A stretch of 64,000 nt of DNA from Nitrospirota bacterium (GTDB lineage Bacteria; Nitrospirota; Thermodesulfovibrionia; Thermodesulfovibrionales; JdFR-86): NCBI GenBank assembly GCA_963721805.1, contig CAVRJY010000001.1, positions 32,001-96,000 of the forward strand. The letters run 5' to 3'. The notes beneath the pieces are model-generated. The model had not been told where the DNA came from and ran no database searches. It saw nothing but the letters and a program-made list of their open reading frames with translations. Shown piece after piece: positions 51,155-60,147 of the stretch. Numbering within the stretch: the stretch's first letter is position 1; every line of letters starts with the position of its first letter. The position numbers were made by a program, and so were the translations under genes.

Positions 51155-52493
51155 AGGTTCCTCCGGTTCGTTTTCCATTTCGTCGGCCAGTCAGCTTACT
51201 CGGTCCTGGCCATCTTAAAATAACGACTTCCTCGCGCATTTGCTTCTTTGTAGATGTGGCAATTCGTGTGCGAAACAAGTCGATACCGATAAGTTCATAA
51301 CCCTGAGAAACCGCTATGTCAGCCAATAACTGGCCCGTTCGTATCATCACCTGAAGATATGATGCCTGATCCCCTACGACATATCCGAGGTGTGCGCCGG
51401 GCTTCAAGAAAGGGCGGAGTTCGTCAAGGTGACGCGCCATGCCGCCGAAATACAGTTTTGTAACTTTTCCGTATAATTTTTCAAAGCCAGATGTTTTCCC
51501 AAGTTCGATTCTTTTATTTTCTATTTCTTTAGCGATAGCCTGTATATCCTTATTTTTTTCGACCCATTTATCATCATCGTCTCCTTTGTAAACATTCCGG
51601 GTATTGGAGCGGAGAAGTCCTTTTTTGAGTGCTTGAAGTTCAGCCTTGTTATTGATGAATCCAAGCAGAACGGATTCTAGTCTTGTGGTGCGAGTATAGT
51701 CTTTCTCGTTCGGATATGGTGGGGATGTGAAAACGGCATCGATGGAATTAGGTTGCAGTACCTCACCAAAGTGTCTGGAATCGGCATGGAAGACGGTTGC
51801 CGGAACCTGTGCCCTCTTCACAGAACGAAGGTCATCGGCCATGATCCGGACTTCATCAAGCCATGATTCTATAACAGGAGCGTCTAGTTTCTTCTTGGGA
51901 TGAACCCCGACTTCGGGACCGAAGTGAAGGTTGCTTATAGAGAAGACCAGTGCTTTTGCGAGAGCAAGGGACGCATGTCTGTTATATCTTTCGTCTTGGA
52001 GTTTGTGCATTTGCTCCAAAAGAATAATGGTCTTGTGCAGTGGGTGAGGACTGATGGAGTCCTTTAAAAGTAGCTTTATGGTCTCTTGAGATAGAGACCG
52101 CAATTTTCTTCTGCCCCAAGAAGCTATAAGCCTGTTGGCCTCTTCTGCTATCGTTTCCGCATATGCGATAAGATCATCAGGATTAATTCCCCAGTCCAGC
52201 TTAACACCACTAGCAAAGAAGGGCATATGATTGGCTTCGATGCCTATACTAGGTATTCCGTTCAACTTGGCTTCGATAATTGTTGTCCCTGTTCCACAGA
52301 AAGGATCAAGAATTGTGCTTTTATGATTGAGATTAAATTTATTTATGTATTCACGAACAAGATGGGGTGGAAAGGAAAGGACAAAGCGATACCAGTCATG
52401 AAATGCTCGGTCTGTCACTTGAAGTTTATTTGCAGTTCCGTTTGTTCTTTTCGGAGCGATTTCCGTTATTGTTGTAACTGGATTAGTTTGCAC
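51147..52493 (-). CDS. DNA amino-methyltransferase, probably N4-cytosine
   Basis: DPFCGTGTT (motif I) precedes TSPPY (motif IV). Confidence 0.85.
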   Translation of the reverse strand: MQTNPVTTITEIAPKRTNGTANKLQVTDRAFHDWYRFVLSFPPHLVREYINKFNLNHKSTILDPFCGTGTTIIEAKLNGIPSIGIEANHMPFFASGVKLDWGINPDDLIAYAETIAEEANRLIASWGRRKLRSLSQETIKLLLKDSISPHPLHKTIILLEQMHKLQDERYNRHASLALAKALVFSISNLHFGPEVGVHPKKKLDAPVIESWLDEVRIMADDLRSVKRAQVPATVFHADSRHFGEVLQPNSIDAVFTSPPYPNEKDYTRTTRLESVLLGFINNKAELQALKKGLLRSNTRNVYKGDDDDKWVEKNKDIQAIAKEIENKRIELGKTSGFEKLYGKVTKLYFGGMARHLDELRPFLKPGAHLGYVVGDQASYLQVMIRTGQLLADIAVSQGYELIGIDLFRTRIATSTKKQMREEVVILRWPGPSKLTGRRNGKRTGGTYG

Positions 52494-52585
52494 TTCACTA
52501 ATGCTATCAAATCGATGGTAGGTATTTCAATGATGAACGGCGCTTTGCTCATAGCGGATACAAATCTAATCAGCTCCATCCCACG

Positions 52586-52632
52586 AAAGCGCGCGAAATC
52601 GTATCAGACAAGGAAGGGGCCAGTCGGCCCCC
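52586..52632 (+). repeat. Partial R element (5' arm) ending in an S-type hairpin
   Basis: AAAGCGCGCGAAATCGTATCAGACAAGG followed by AAGGGGCCAGTCGGCCCC. Confidence 0.7.
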
Positions 52633-52661
52633 TATGGTATATTAAGTATTGGTGTAAAAGG

Positions 52662-53240
52662 ATGCGAAACCTTGCTTATAAGCTGGCGGCGATCTGCGCG
52701 TTTTTGAGCGTATTGCTGTTTTGCGCGTCGTTTGCGTATGCCGCCAATATTACAGGCCCCGAGGTGCGACTCGACCAGCAGGGCATATACGTCGCGGCCG
52801 GCGTGAGGCTCGAGCCCCAGGAGCAGCAGGACATCCGCGAGGGCATCCAGAAGGACATCGACATATTCATCGACCTCTTCCGCGTCTGGCGCTTCTGGCC
52901 GGACGAGTTCGTGCTCGGCACGAAGTATACCCAGACGCTGCGCTGCGACCCTGTGAAGAAAGAATATGTCGCGACCTCCCTTACCGGCACGCGCGAGCGC
53001 GTGCACCGCTTCGAGGACTGCGACGCCCTGATGAACTGGGCCCTGAACATCCCGGAGATCATGCTCACGCACGTGGGCGAGCTCGAGCCGGGGGAGTATT
53101 TCGTCAAGGTCACGGCCGAGTCGCGCCTGCGGCGCCTGCCTCCGTTTATAGACCAGCTGTTTTTCTTCGTCCCGCAGAAGGAATACCACATAGAGGGCCG
53201 CTCGCAACCGTTCCCGATAGGCGGGGGTGCCGCGAAATGA
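52662..53240 (+). CDS. DUF4390-like exported protein
   Basis: Signal peptide; position directly upstream of ntrY-ntrX. Confidence 0.65.
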   Translation: MRNLAYKLAAICAFLSVLLFCASFAYAANITGPEVRLDQQGIYVAAGVRLEPQEQQDIREGIQKDIDIFIDLFRVWRFWPDEFVLGTKYTQTLRCDPVKKEYVATSLTGTRERVHRFEDCDALMNWALNIPEIMLTHVGELEPGEYFVKVTAESRLRRLPPFIDQLFFFVPQKEYHIEGRSQPFPIGGGAAK

Positions 53241-55270
53241 GGCTGAACGCCAAAAAGAGCGCGCTCCTGGCTGTCTGCGTCCTCGGCTTGTTCGCAATCG
53301 CGCTCGGGCTGGAGGTCGCCTTCGTGCACACTGCCGTGGAAACGCTTGCCGGCCGCGCGGTGTTTTTCTTCACGCTGGACCTGATGGTGCTGGTACTGGT
53401 CGCGATCCTGATCGCGGTCGTCAAGCCGTTTATCGCCCTGCTGCGCGAGCGGCGCGAGCGCGTGCTCGGCTACAAGTTCAAGACGAAGATGACGGTCTTC
53501 TTCGTCGTGACCGCCGCGATCCCGGCCGCGCTGCTTTTCCTGATATCGACCCAGCTCGGGACGCGCTACATAGAGCGCATCTATACGCCGCAAGTCCGGC
53601 AGTCCTTCGCCGGATCCATAGAGCTTGCGAAGCACTACTACGCCGAGGAGCGCAGGCTGGCGCGGTATTTCGCCTCCGTAGCGCTCAAGGGCGAGCCGGT
53701 GCCCGGAGAGTACGCCATAGAGCGGCTCGTCCGGCCCCCCGATGACGCATCCGGCGTGATCGCCGCCGCGTTCGAGCGCCGCGAGCAGGGGGCCGAGATA
53801 GTCTCCTCCCCGGACGGCGACATGGTGATCGGGGCCGCCCCGGACCCGGCCGGCGGCGTGGTCTTCGTGGTCAGGAAGCTCATCCCCAGGGCCGCGAGCG
53901 AGTACGTCCGCATGATCATGGACGCGCACGAGGACTACACGAAGACCGACGCCTGGAAATCTCAGGTGAAGCTCAACTACCTGCTCCTGATGGGGTTCTT
54001 CGCGCTCACGATCATCTTCATGTCGCTGTGGCTCTCGCTTAAGATCTCGGGCTGGATAGCCGAGCCGGTGCGCGACCTCGCCTCGGCCACGAACGAGGTA
54101 GCCTCCGGTAACCTCTCGGTCTCCGTGACCTCGCGCCGCAATGACGAGATGGGCCAGCTCACCGAGTCGTTCAACCGCATGGTGCGCCAGATGCGGCAGG
54201 ACAAGGAATCCCTCAACAGCGCGTACACGCGCCTGAGCACCGCATTTTTAAACCTCGAAAGCATAGTCACTAATATCCACAGCGGCGTCATCTCGCTTGA
54301 CGAGGCCGGAAACGTCGTTGCGATCAACGCGGCCGCATGCCGCATATTCGGCATCCCGGAGGCCGGGGACGTGATGGGCAAGTTCTACCCAGCGTTTCTG
54401 GCCAACGTCCGCTCGGAAGAGCTCCAGGAGATGATAAAATCCATAAATATCAAGACGTTACAATCAATCGAGAAAGAGGTCAACGCCGACATCTCAGGCC
54501 GTCAGGCCCTGCTGCGGGTTTCGGTTACCGGGCTTAAAAACGTCGGCGCCGAGCACCTCGGCATCCTCGTCGTCATCGACGACATCACGGACGTAGTCCG
54601 CGCCCAGCGCGCCCTGATGTGGCAGGAGGTCGCGCAGGTTATGGCCCACGAGATCAAAAACCCGCTGACCCCGATCCTGCTCTCGACCGAGCGCATGCTC
54701 AAGAAGTGGGAGAGGAAGGACGAAGACTTCCCGGTCGCGTTCGAGCGGGCCACCAGGGCGATCATCAAGGAGGTCCATTCCCTAAAGAGGCTGGTCGACC
54801 AGTTCTCTAAGTTCGGTAAACTGCCGGAAATAAAGAAGATTTTAACTAGCCTGCGCCCTATCGTCGATGAGGTGCGCTCGCTGTATCAAGACACGGACGG
54901 CCTCGTGCTGAGCGTCGAACTCCCGGACGATATGCCGGACGTCGCGCTCGACCCCGAGCAGTTCAAGCGCGTCTTGATCAACCTTATAGAGAACGCCGCG
55001 CAGGCGATGAAGGGGCGGGGCTCGGTCGTGCTCCGCTTCAGGACCGACGCCGAGCGCAGCACCATGATAACCGAGGTCGCGGATACCGGCCCGGGCATCC
55101 GGGATGAGGACAAGGAGCGGGTGTTTCAGCCCTATAAGTCCGGCAAGAAGGAAGGCACCGGGCTTGGGCTTGCGATCTCGCACCGCATCATCGAGGAGCA
55201 CGGGGGCCGCATCTGGGTGCACGACAACCAGCCGAAAGGCTGCGTATTTACAATAGAATTACCGATCTAA
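53237..55270 (+). CDS. ntrY: NtrY-like HAMP/PAS sensor kinase
   Basis: HAMP (DEMGQLTESFNRM), WQEVAQVMAHEIKNPLTPI, GTGLGL. Confidence 0.85.
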   Translation: MRLNAKKSALLAVCVLGLFAIALGLEVAFVHTAVETLAGRAVFFFTLDLMVLVLVAILIAVVKPFIALLRERRERVLGYKFKTKMTVFFVVTAAIPAALLFLISTQLGTRYIERIYTPQVRQSFAGSIELAKHYYAEERRLARYFASVALKGEPVPGEYAIERLVRPPDDASGVIAAAFERREQGAEIVSSPDGDMVIGAAPDPAGGVVFVVRKLIPRAASEYVRMIMDAHEDYTKTDAWKSQVKLNYLLLMGFFALTIIFMSLWLSLKISGWIAEPVRDLASATNEVASGNLSVSVTSRRNDEMGQLTESFNRMVRQMRQDKESLNSAYTRLSTAFLNLESIVTNIHSGVISLDEAGNVVAINAAACRIFGIPEAGDVMGKFYPAFLANVRSEELQEMIKSINIKTLQSIEKEVNADISGRQALLRVSVTGLKNVGAEHLGILVVIDDITDVVRAQRALMWQEVAQVMAHEIKNPLTPILLSTERMLKKWERKDEDFPVAFERATRAIIKEVHSLKRLVDQFSKFGKLPEIKKILTSLRPIVDEVRSLYQDTDGLVLSVELPDDMPDVALDPEQFKRVLINLIENAAQAMKGRGSVVLRFRTDAERSTMITEVADTGPGIRDEDKERVFQPYKSGKKEGTGLGLAISHRIIEEHGGRIWVHDNQPKGCVFTIELPI

Positions 55271-55296
55271 GCCATGCAAGAAGGGGGCTCATAGCG

Positions 55297-56658
55297 ATGT
55301 CGACGGTGCTCATAATTGACGACGAAGAGGGCATAAGGGAGAGTCTCTCTGACATCCTCTCGGACGAGGGCTTCCGCACCGTGCTCGCCGGGAGCGCCGA
55401 GGAGGGCCTGAAGCTGATCGAGGATGAGCAGCCCGACCTCGTATTCCTCGACGTCTGGCTCCCCGGGATGGACGGCATCGAGGCCTTAGGCAGGATCAAG
55501 GAGATAAAACCCGACCTCCCGGTCATACTGATCTCCGGCCACGGGAATATAGAGATAGCCGTGAAGGCCACGAAGATCGGTGCGCATGACTTCATAGAAA
55601 AGCCGCTTTCGCTGGAGCGCGTCGTGCTTGCGGCCAAGCACGCGCTCGCGCTTCAGAGCCTCGCGCGCGAGAACCTCACGCTTCGTGCGACAATCTCCCG
55701 CGGGATGAAGCTCGTTGGGACCTCGGCCCCCATCCGCTCGATCCGGCAGCAGATCGAGATGGCCGCCAGAAGCTCCGCGCGCGTGCTCATAACGGGCGAG
55801 AGCGGCACCGGCAAGGAGATCGTGGCCCGGATGCTCCATGACATGAGCGCCAGGGCCTCCGGCCCATATATCGAGGTAAACTGCGCCGCGATACCCGAGG
55901 AGCTGATCGAGAGCGAGCTGTTCGGCCATGAGAAGGGCTCTTTTACCGGCGCGTTCGAGACGAAGAAGGGCAAGTTCGAGCTTGCTGACGGCGGGACGCT
56001 CTTTCTGGACGAGATCGGCGACATGTCAATGCAGACCCAGGCCAAGCTCCTGCGCGTGCTCGAGACCCAGGAGTTCCAGCGCGTCGGCGGATCGAAGAAC
56101 ATCAAGGTCGACGTCCGCGTCCTTTCGGCCACGAATAAGGACCTCGTCGAGCTTATCCGCAAGGGCAGGTTCAGGGAGGACCTCTACTACAGGATCAACG
56201 TGATCCCCATACACCTGCCCCCGCTGCGCGAGCGCAAGGAGGACATCCCGGAGCTGGTCGAGCACTTCCTCGATCTGACCGCAGCGGAATGCGGCCAGGC
56301 CCGGAAGAAGGTCGGGGAGGGGCTGCTCAAGGCGCTCGAAACCCAGGACTGGCCTGGCAATATCCGGGAGCTCAAGAACGCTATCGAGCGGCTCGCGATC
56401 ATGACCCGCACCGAACGGCTCGGCCCGGAGGGGCTCAGGCCCGGTGGGCCTGTCATATCTGCCGAGGAGCCGGGATTTTTCAGCATACGCACGCTCAAGG
56501 ACGCGCGCGACGCCTTCGAGCGCGAGTTCATCGGGCGGAAGCTCGCGGAGAACGGCTGGAACGTTACCAAGACCGCCGAGGCGCTCGATATCGAGCGCAG
56601 CAACCTCCACCGCAAGATCAAGGGCTACGAGATCAAGCTCCCCGGCGGACAGGGCTAG
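55297..56658 (+). CDS. ntrX: NtrX-like sigma54-interacting response regulator
   Basis: REC (FLDVWLPG), GESGTGKE, GSFTGA, HTH ERSNLHRKI. Confidence 0.88.
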   Translation: MSTVLIIDDEEGIRESLSDILSDEGFRTVLAGSAEEGLKLIEDEQPDLVFLDVWLPGMDGIEALGRIKEIKPDLPVILISGHGNIEIAVKATKIGAHDFIEKPLSLERVVLAAKHALALQSLARENLTLRATISRGMKLVGTSAPIRSIRQQIEMAARSSARVLITGESGTGKEIVARMLHDMSARASGPYIEVNCAAIPEELIESELFGHEKGSFTGAFETKKGKFELADGGTLFLDEIGDMSMQTQAKLLRVLETQEFQRVGGSKNIKVDVRVLSATNKDLVELIRKGRFREDLYYRINVIPIHLPPLRERKEDIPELVEHFLDLTAAECGQARKKVGEGLLKALETQDWPGNIRELKNAIERLAIMTRTERLGPEGLRPGGPVISAEEPGFFSIRTLKDARDAFEREFIGRKLAENGWNVTKTAEALDIERSNLHRKIKGYEIKLPGGQG

Positions 56659-56720
56659 ACATAGGGGGCGACCGCCCCTTTGCTCAGATCGCGCACCTTC
56701 AACAAGTCGTTCGTCTGGAT

Positions 56721-56736
56721 TGTTCCACGTGGAACA
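56721..56736. other. parS: parS centromere-like site
   Basis: TGTTCCACGTGGAACA; palindrome extends 56717-56740. Confidence 0.88.
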
Positions 56737-56782
56737 ATCCGTCCTCTCTCGCCAGCCTTTAGCCTGTCTGTTGTGTCCTCAT

Positions 56783-56798
56783 TGTTCCACGTGGAACA
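56783..56798. other. parS: parS centromere-like site
   Basis: Second identical TGTTCCACGTGGAACA. Confidence 0.88.
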
Positions 56799-56967
56799 TC
56801 GCGCGGTCTATTAACTATAGTTACTGACAAGCATCCGGCTAATAGGCGTAACATATTGAAATATATAGTTATTTAGCCCGTCTCTCTGTCGGCTATATGT
56901 TGGGTTTTGTTGCCCGCGCATGTCAGAATCGTGTTGGTGGATGAGCGGATAAGCTGTTGAGGGAGGG

Positions 56968-58635
56968 TCAGTAATCGAGTTTCAGGTTGCGGGTGGTGTC
57001 GGCCGCCTCGGCGCGCTTGAAGGCCGCCACGCGGTATGGCAGGTTCGGGCGGTCTCCGGCGAGGAGCTTCTCTATCGTGAGTATCTGGAGGCGCGGGAAG
57101 TCCCAGTTGAGTATGTCCGAGTGATAGAAGCCCTTTGTCGCGGCCTCGGTGGTCATATCGCGCGTCGGGGGCTCCAAGGTGATGAGGATGCCGAACTCGG
57201 CCTTCTCGCGGTCGGCCACATGGCCCAAATCGCGCATGTCCTTTACCGAGACCTTGCCGCTTTTGACCGAGACTATGCCGCGCGATATCTGGTCCTTGGC
57301 CTCATGGAAGTAGACATAGCCGTCGATCCCGGTGTCCGAGCCCTTCTTCCTGTCCCCGTAGGGCCGCGCGTCTATCAGCGAGAGCGCCCACCACTGGAAC
57401 TGGTAGCGGTCCTGAAGCGCAAGCTCCCGCGCGCCCGTAAGGTCCTCCGGCTCGCCTATGACCTTATAGTCCTTGCCCGGCTCTATCGAGAACATGTGCT
57501 TTAGCCGCCACTTGATGAGGTTCACCGAGAGGTGCGTGACGTCTATCCCTATCCAGCGGCGGTTTAGCCGTTGCGCGGCGGTGATAGTGGTGCCGCAGCC
57601 GCAGAACGGGTCGAGCACCACATCGCCCTCATTCGATGAGGCCTTAATGATGCGCTCCAGAAGCGCCTCCGGCTTCTGCGTCGGATAGCCGAGGCGTTCC
57701 TGTGCATGTGCGGATATTGGATTGATGTCATTTATGACATCTCTAATCGGTACGCCTGCATCTTCATTTATATATCTTTTCAATCCGGGTATTCCGCCGT
57801 CTTTTGCTGGCCAGTAGACCAAACCTTTTTTATCCAGAAGATCTAACTTTTCTTGTGTTGACATTTTATCTAAATCAATTTTCCCCTTTACTTCATTAAG
57901 GATTTTCATGGGGACTGCCCAGTGGCGTCCTTTGGATGTCGGGTCTATATCCCTCCAAGGCTTTCCTGAGTCACCTGTCCTCGTTCCCGCACCAGTTAAA
58001 TCGCCAACACGATAAACTCCGCCTTTGTCTTTATATCTGTAAAAATTCTCAATGTATGTTTCGTCATACTGTTCAAATACAGGATTCCAGACAGGCTCTC
58101 TGTCCTTGCCGTAGAAAAGTATTACATCATGGACTGGCCCCCATCTCTTTGATCCACTATGGCTGCTTGTCCTTTTCCACACTATCTCATTCCTGAAATT
58201 CTTCTTCCCGAATATCGTATCCATTACAACCTTTAGATAGTGTGACGCGGTGGGGTCACAATGCAGATAGATGCTCCCTGTGTCCTTGAGCACGCGCCTG
58301 AGTTCCAAAAGCCGCACGCACATCATCGTGAGATATGCCATCATGTCGTTTACCCCGATGAACGATCTAAACGCGCGCATCATCTCTACCACGTTGGCGG
58401 GCGCGGCCTCGACTATCGCCTGAAACGTCCGCTCCGCGTCCTCGTTCCAGTGCCAGGTGTCCTCAAACGCGGTGATCTGCGCGTCCGAGGACTTGCCGGT
58501 CGGTTCCTTGAAGAGTATGTTGTAGTCGGCCTTTGAGTTAAACGGCGGGTCGAGGTATATCAGGTCTGCCGATGCGTCCGGGACGTAGCGCCTCAGGATG
58601 TCGAGGTTGTCGCCGAAGTAGAGGGTGTTGTCCAT
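56968..58635 (-). CDS. DNA adenine methyltransferase (beta order) with C-terminal nuclease-like domain
   Basis: [28 protein letters not shown]-terminal DTGIDG...VSVKSG. Confidence 0.88.
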   Translation of the reverse strand: MDNTLYFGDNLDILRRYVPDASADLIYLDPPFNSKADYNILFKEPTGKSSDAQITAFEDTWHWNEDAERTFQAIVEAAPANVVEMMRAFRSFIGVNDMMAYLTMMCVRLLELRRVLKDTGSIYLHCDPTASHYLKVVMDTIFGKKNFRNEIVWKRTSSHSGSKRWGPVHDVILFYGKDREPVWNPVFEQYDETYIENFYRYKDKGGVYRVGDLTGAGTRTGDSGKPWRDIDPTSKGRHWAVPMKILNEVKGKIDLDKMSTQEKLDLLDKKGLVYWPAKDGGIPGLKRYINEDAGVPIRDVINDINPISAHAQERLGYPTQKPEALLERIIKASSNEGDVVLDPFCGCGTTITAAQRLNRRWIGIDVTHLSVNLIKWRLKHMFSIEPGKDYKVIGEPEDLTGARELALQDRYQFQWWALSLIDARPYGDRKKGSDTGIDGYVYFHEAKDQISRGIVSVKSGKVSVKDMRDLGHVADREKAEFGILITLEPPTRDMTTEAATKGFYHSDILNWDFPRLQILTIEKLLAGDRPNLPYRVAAFKRAEAADTTRNLKLDY

Positions 58636-58680
58636 CGCATCCGATTATAACAAAAGCGCAAAACTCTCACAAAGAAATTT

Positions 58681-58864
58681 AATCAATGCCGTTGACCGCT
58701 CGCGCTTGACCCACGGGCATAACCAAAGCGCGATAAATCGGGGGCGGCTGCCCCTTTACTTCAGACAAGGAACCGGACGAAAAATAACCGGAGGCGTATA
58801 TGGACATACGTCGAGGATTATTTTTCGGGCGGTGACACAGTATGAAGCGATTTAGCGCGGCTTT
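58681..58864 (+). repeat. R element copy (subtype B) with inserted S-type hairpin
   Basis: Homologous to 2395-2573; contains GGGGCGGCTGCCCC at 58741-58754. Confidence 0.85.
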
Positions 58865-58876
58865 AGAACTGCGACC

Positions 58877-60133
58877 TTACTCGTACCTTAGCATCTCCGC
58901 CGGATTCAGCTTCGCGGCCTGCCACGAGGGGTATACGGTTGCGAGGAAGCTTATCACGAGCGCCGAGACCGTAACCGCCGTGAAGTCGCCAACGTTGATC
59001 TTGGCCGGCAGGTAGCTCAGGTAATAGACGTCCGGCGGGAGCTTGATGAGGTGGTACTTGTTCATCAGCACACAGACCGTAAGCCCTGCGCCAAGCCCGA
59101 TCAGCGTCCCAACGAGCCCGATCAGGAAGCCCTGTATCATGAAGATCGCCATTATCCCGCGCCGCGTGGCGCCCATGGCCTTCAGTATCGCTATCTCGCG
59201 CTGCTTTTCCATCACGTTCATGATCTGGGTGCTGACGATGTTAAACGCGGCCACGAGCACTATGAGCGTGAGTATCACGAACATCGCGAGCTTCTCGAGC
59301 TTGAGCGCCGCAAAGAGGTTGCGGTTCATCTGTATCCAGTTTTTGGTGTAGTACGGGTATCCGAGCTTCTTGTTGATCGCCTCGCCGGTGGCCACTACGT
59401 CGTAGATGTCGCGCACCTTAAGCTCTATGCCGGTCACAGCGCCCGAAAGTTCGAAGAACTCCTGCGCCTCGGGCATACCGGTGAGCACGAGGTTCGAGTC
59501 GTACTCGAACATCCCGACCTCGAATATCCCCGCAACCTTGAACCGCCGAGCCTTCGGCAGCGTGCCCATCGGCCCCTCTCCCCCGAACGGTGAGATCACC
59601 TTCACGCTGTCGCCAAGCGTTACGCCGAGCCGCTCCGCAAGCTCCGAGCCTATCACGATGCCGGGCAGGGGCCCGGCCCCATTGGCTATCGGGGCAGATG
59701 GTTTTGAGGTGAGGTCAGCGAGCGACCCGAGCTTCATGTGAGATTCCAGCTCGGTCGTCTTCATCTCGGCCGCGGGCTCGATGCCCCGGACGTATACGCC
59801 CTGCGCGCGGCCCTCGGCAGCGATCATCGCCTGCCCGAGCACGAACGGCGAGGCCGATATGACGTTCGGCTCGGTCGATGCGGTCTTTATAGCCTTATCG
59901 TAGTCCGGGATATCGCCCGAGAAGCTCATGACCACCAGGTGGGTCGTGACGCCGAGGATCTTCTTTTGGAGGTCTTCCTGAAACCCGCTCATCACGGCCA
60001 GCACGATCAGGAGCGCCATCACGCCTACGGTCACGCCGCCCATGGATATCGCGGTGCTCAGCGAGATGGCCTTGTGGATCTTCTTGGACTTGAGGTATCT
60101 GAATGCGACTATCGCCTGATAGGGCAGCGCCAT
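58877..60133 (-). CDS. lolE: Lipoprotein-releasing ABC transporter permease LolC/E
   Basis: IVLAVMSGF, NRNLFAALKLEK, REIAILKAMGA, YPSWQAAKLNP. Confidence 0.9.
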   Translation of the reverse strand: MALPYQAIVAFRYLKSKKIHKAISLSTAISMGGVTVGVMALLIVLAVMSGFQEDLQKKILGVTTHLVVMSFSGDIPDYDKAIKTASTEPNVISASPFVLGQAMIAAEGRAQGVYVRGIEPAAEMKTTELESHMKLGSLADLTSKPSAPIANGAGPLPGIVIGSELAERLGVTLGDSVKVISPFGGEGPMGTLPKARRFKVAGIFEVGMFEYDSNLVLTGMPEAQEFFELSGAVTGIELKVRDIYDVVATGEAINKKLGYPYYTKNWIQMNRNLFAALKLEKLAMFVILTLIVLVAAFNIVSTQIMNVMEKQREIAILKAMGATRRGIMAIFMIQGFLIGLVGTLIGLGAGLTVCVLMNKYHLIKLPPDVYYLSYLPAKINVGDFTAVTVSALVISFLATVYPSWQAAKLNPAEMLRYE

Positions 60134-60147
60134 TGGGTCACGGGGGG

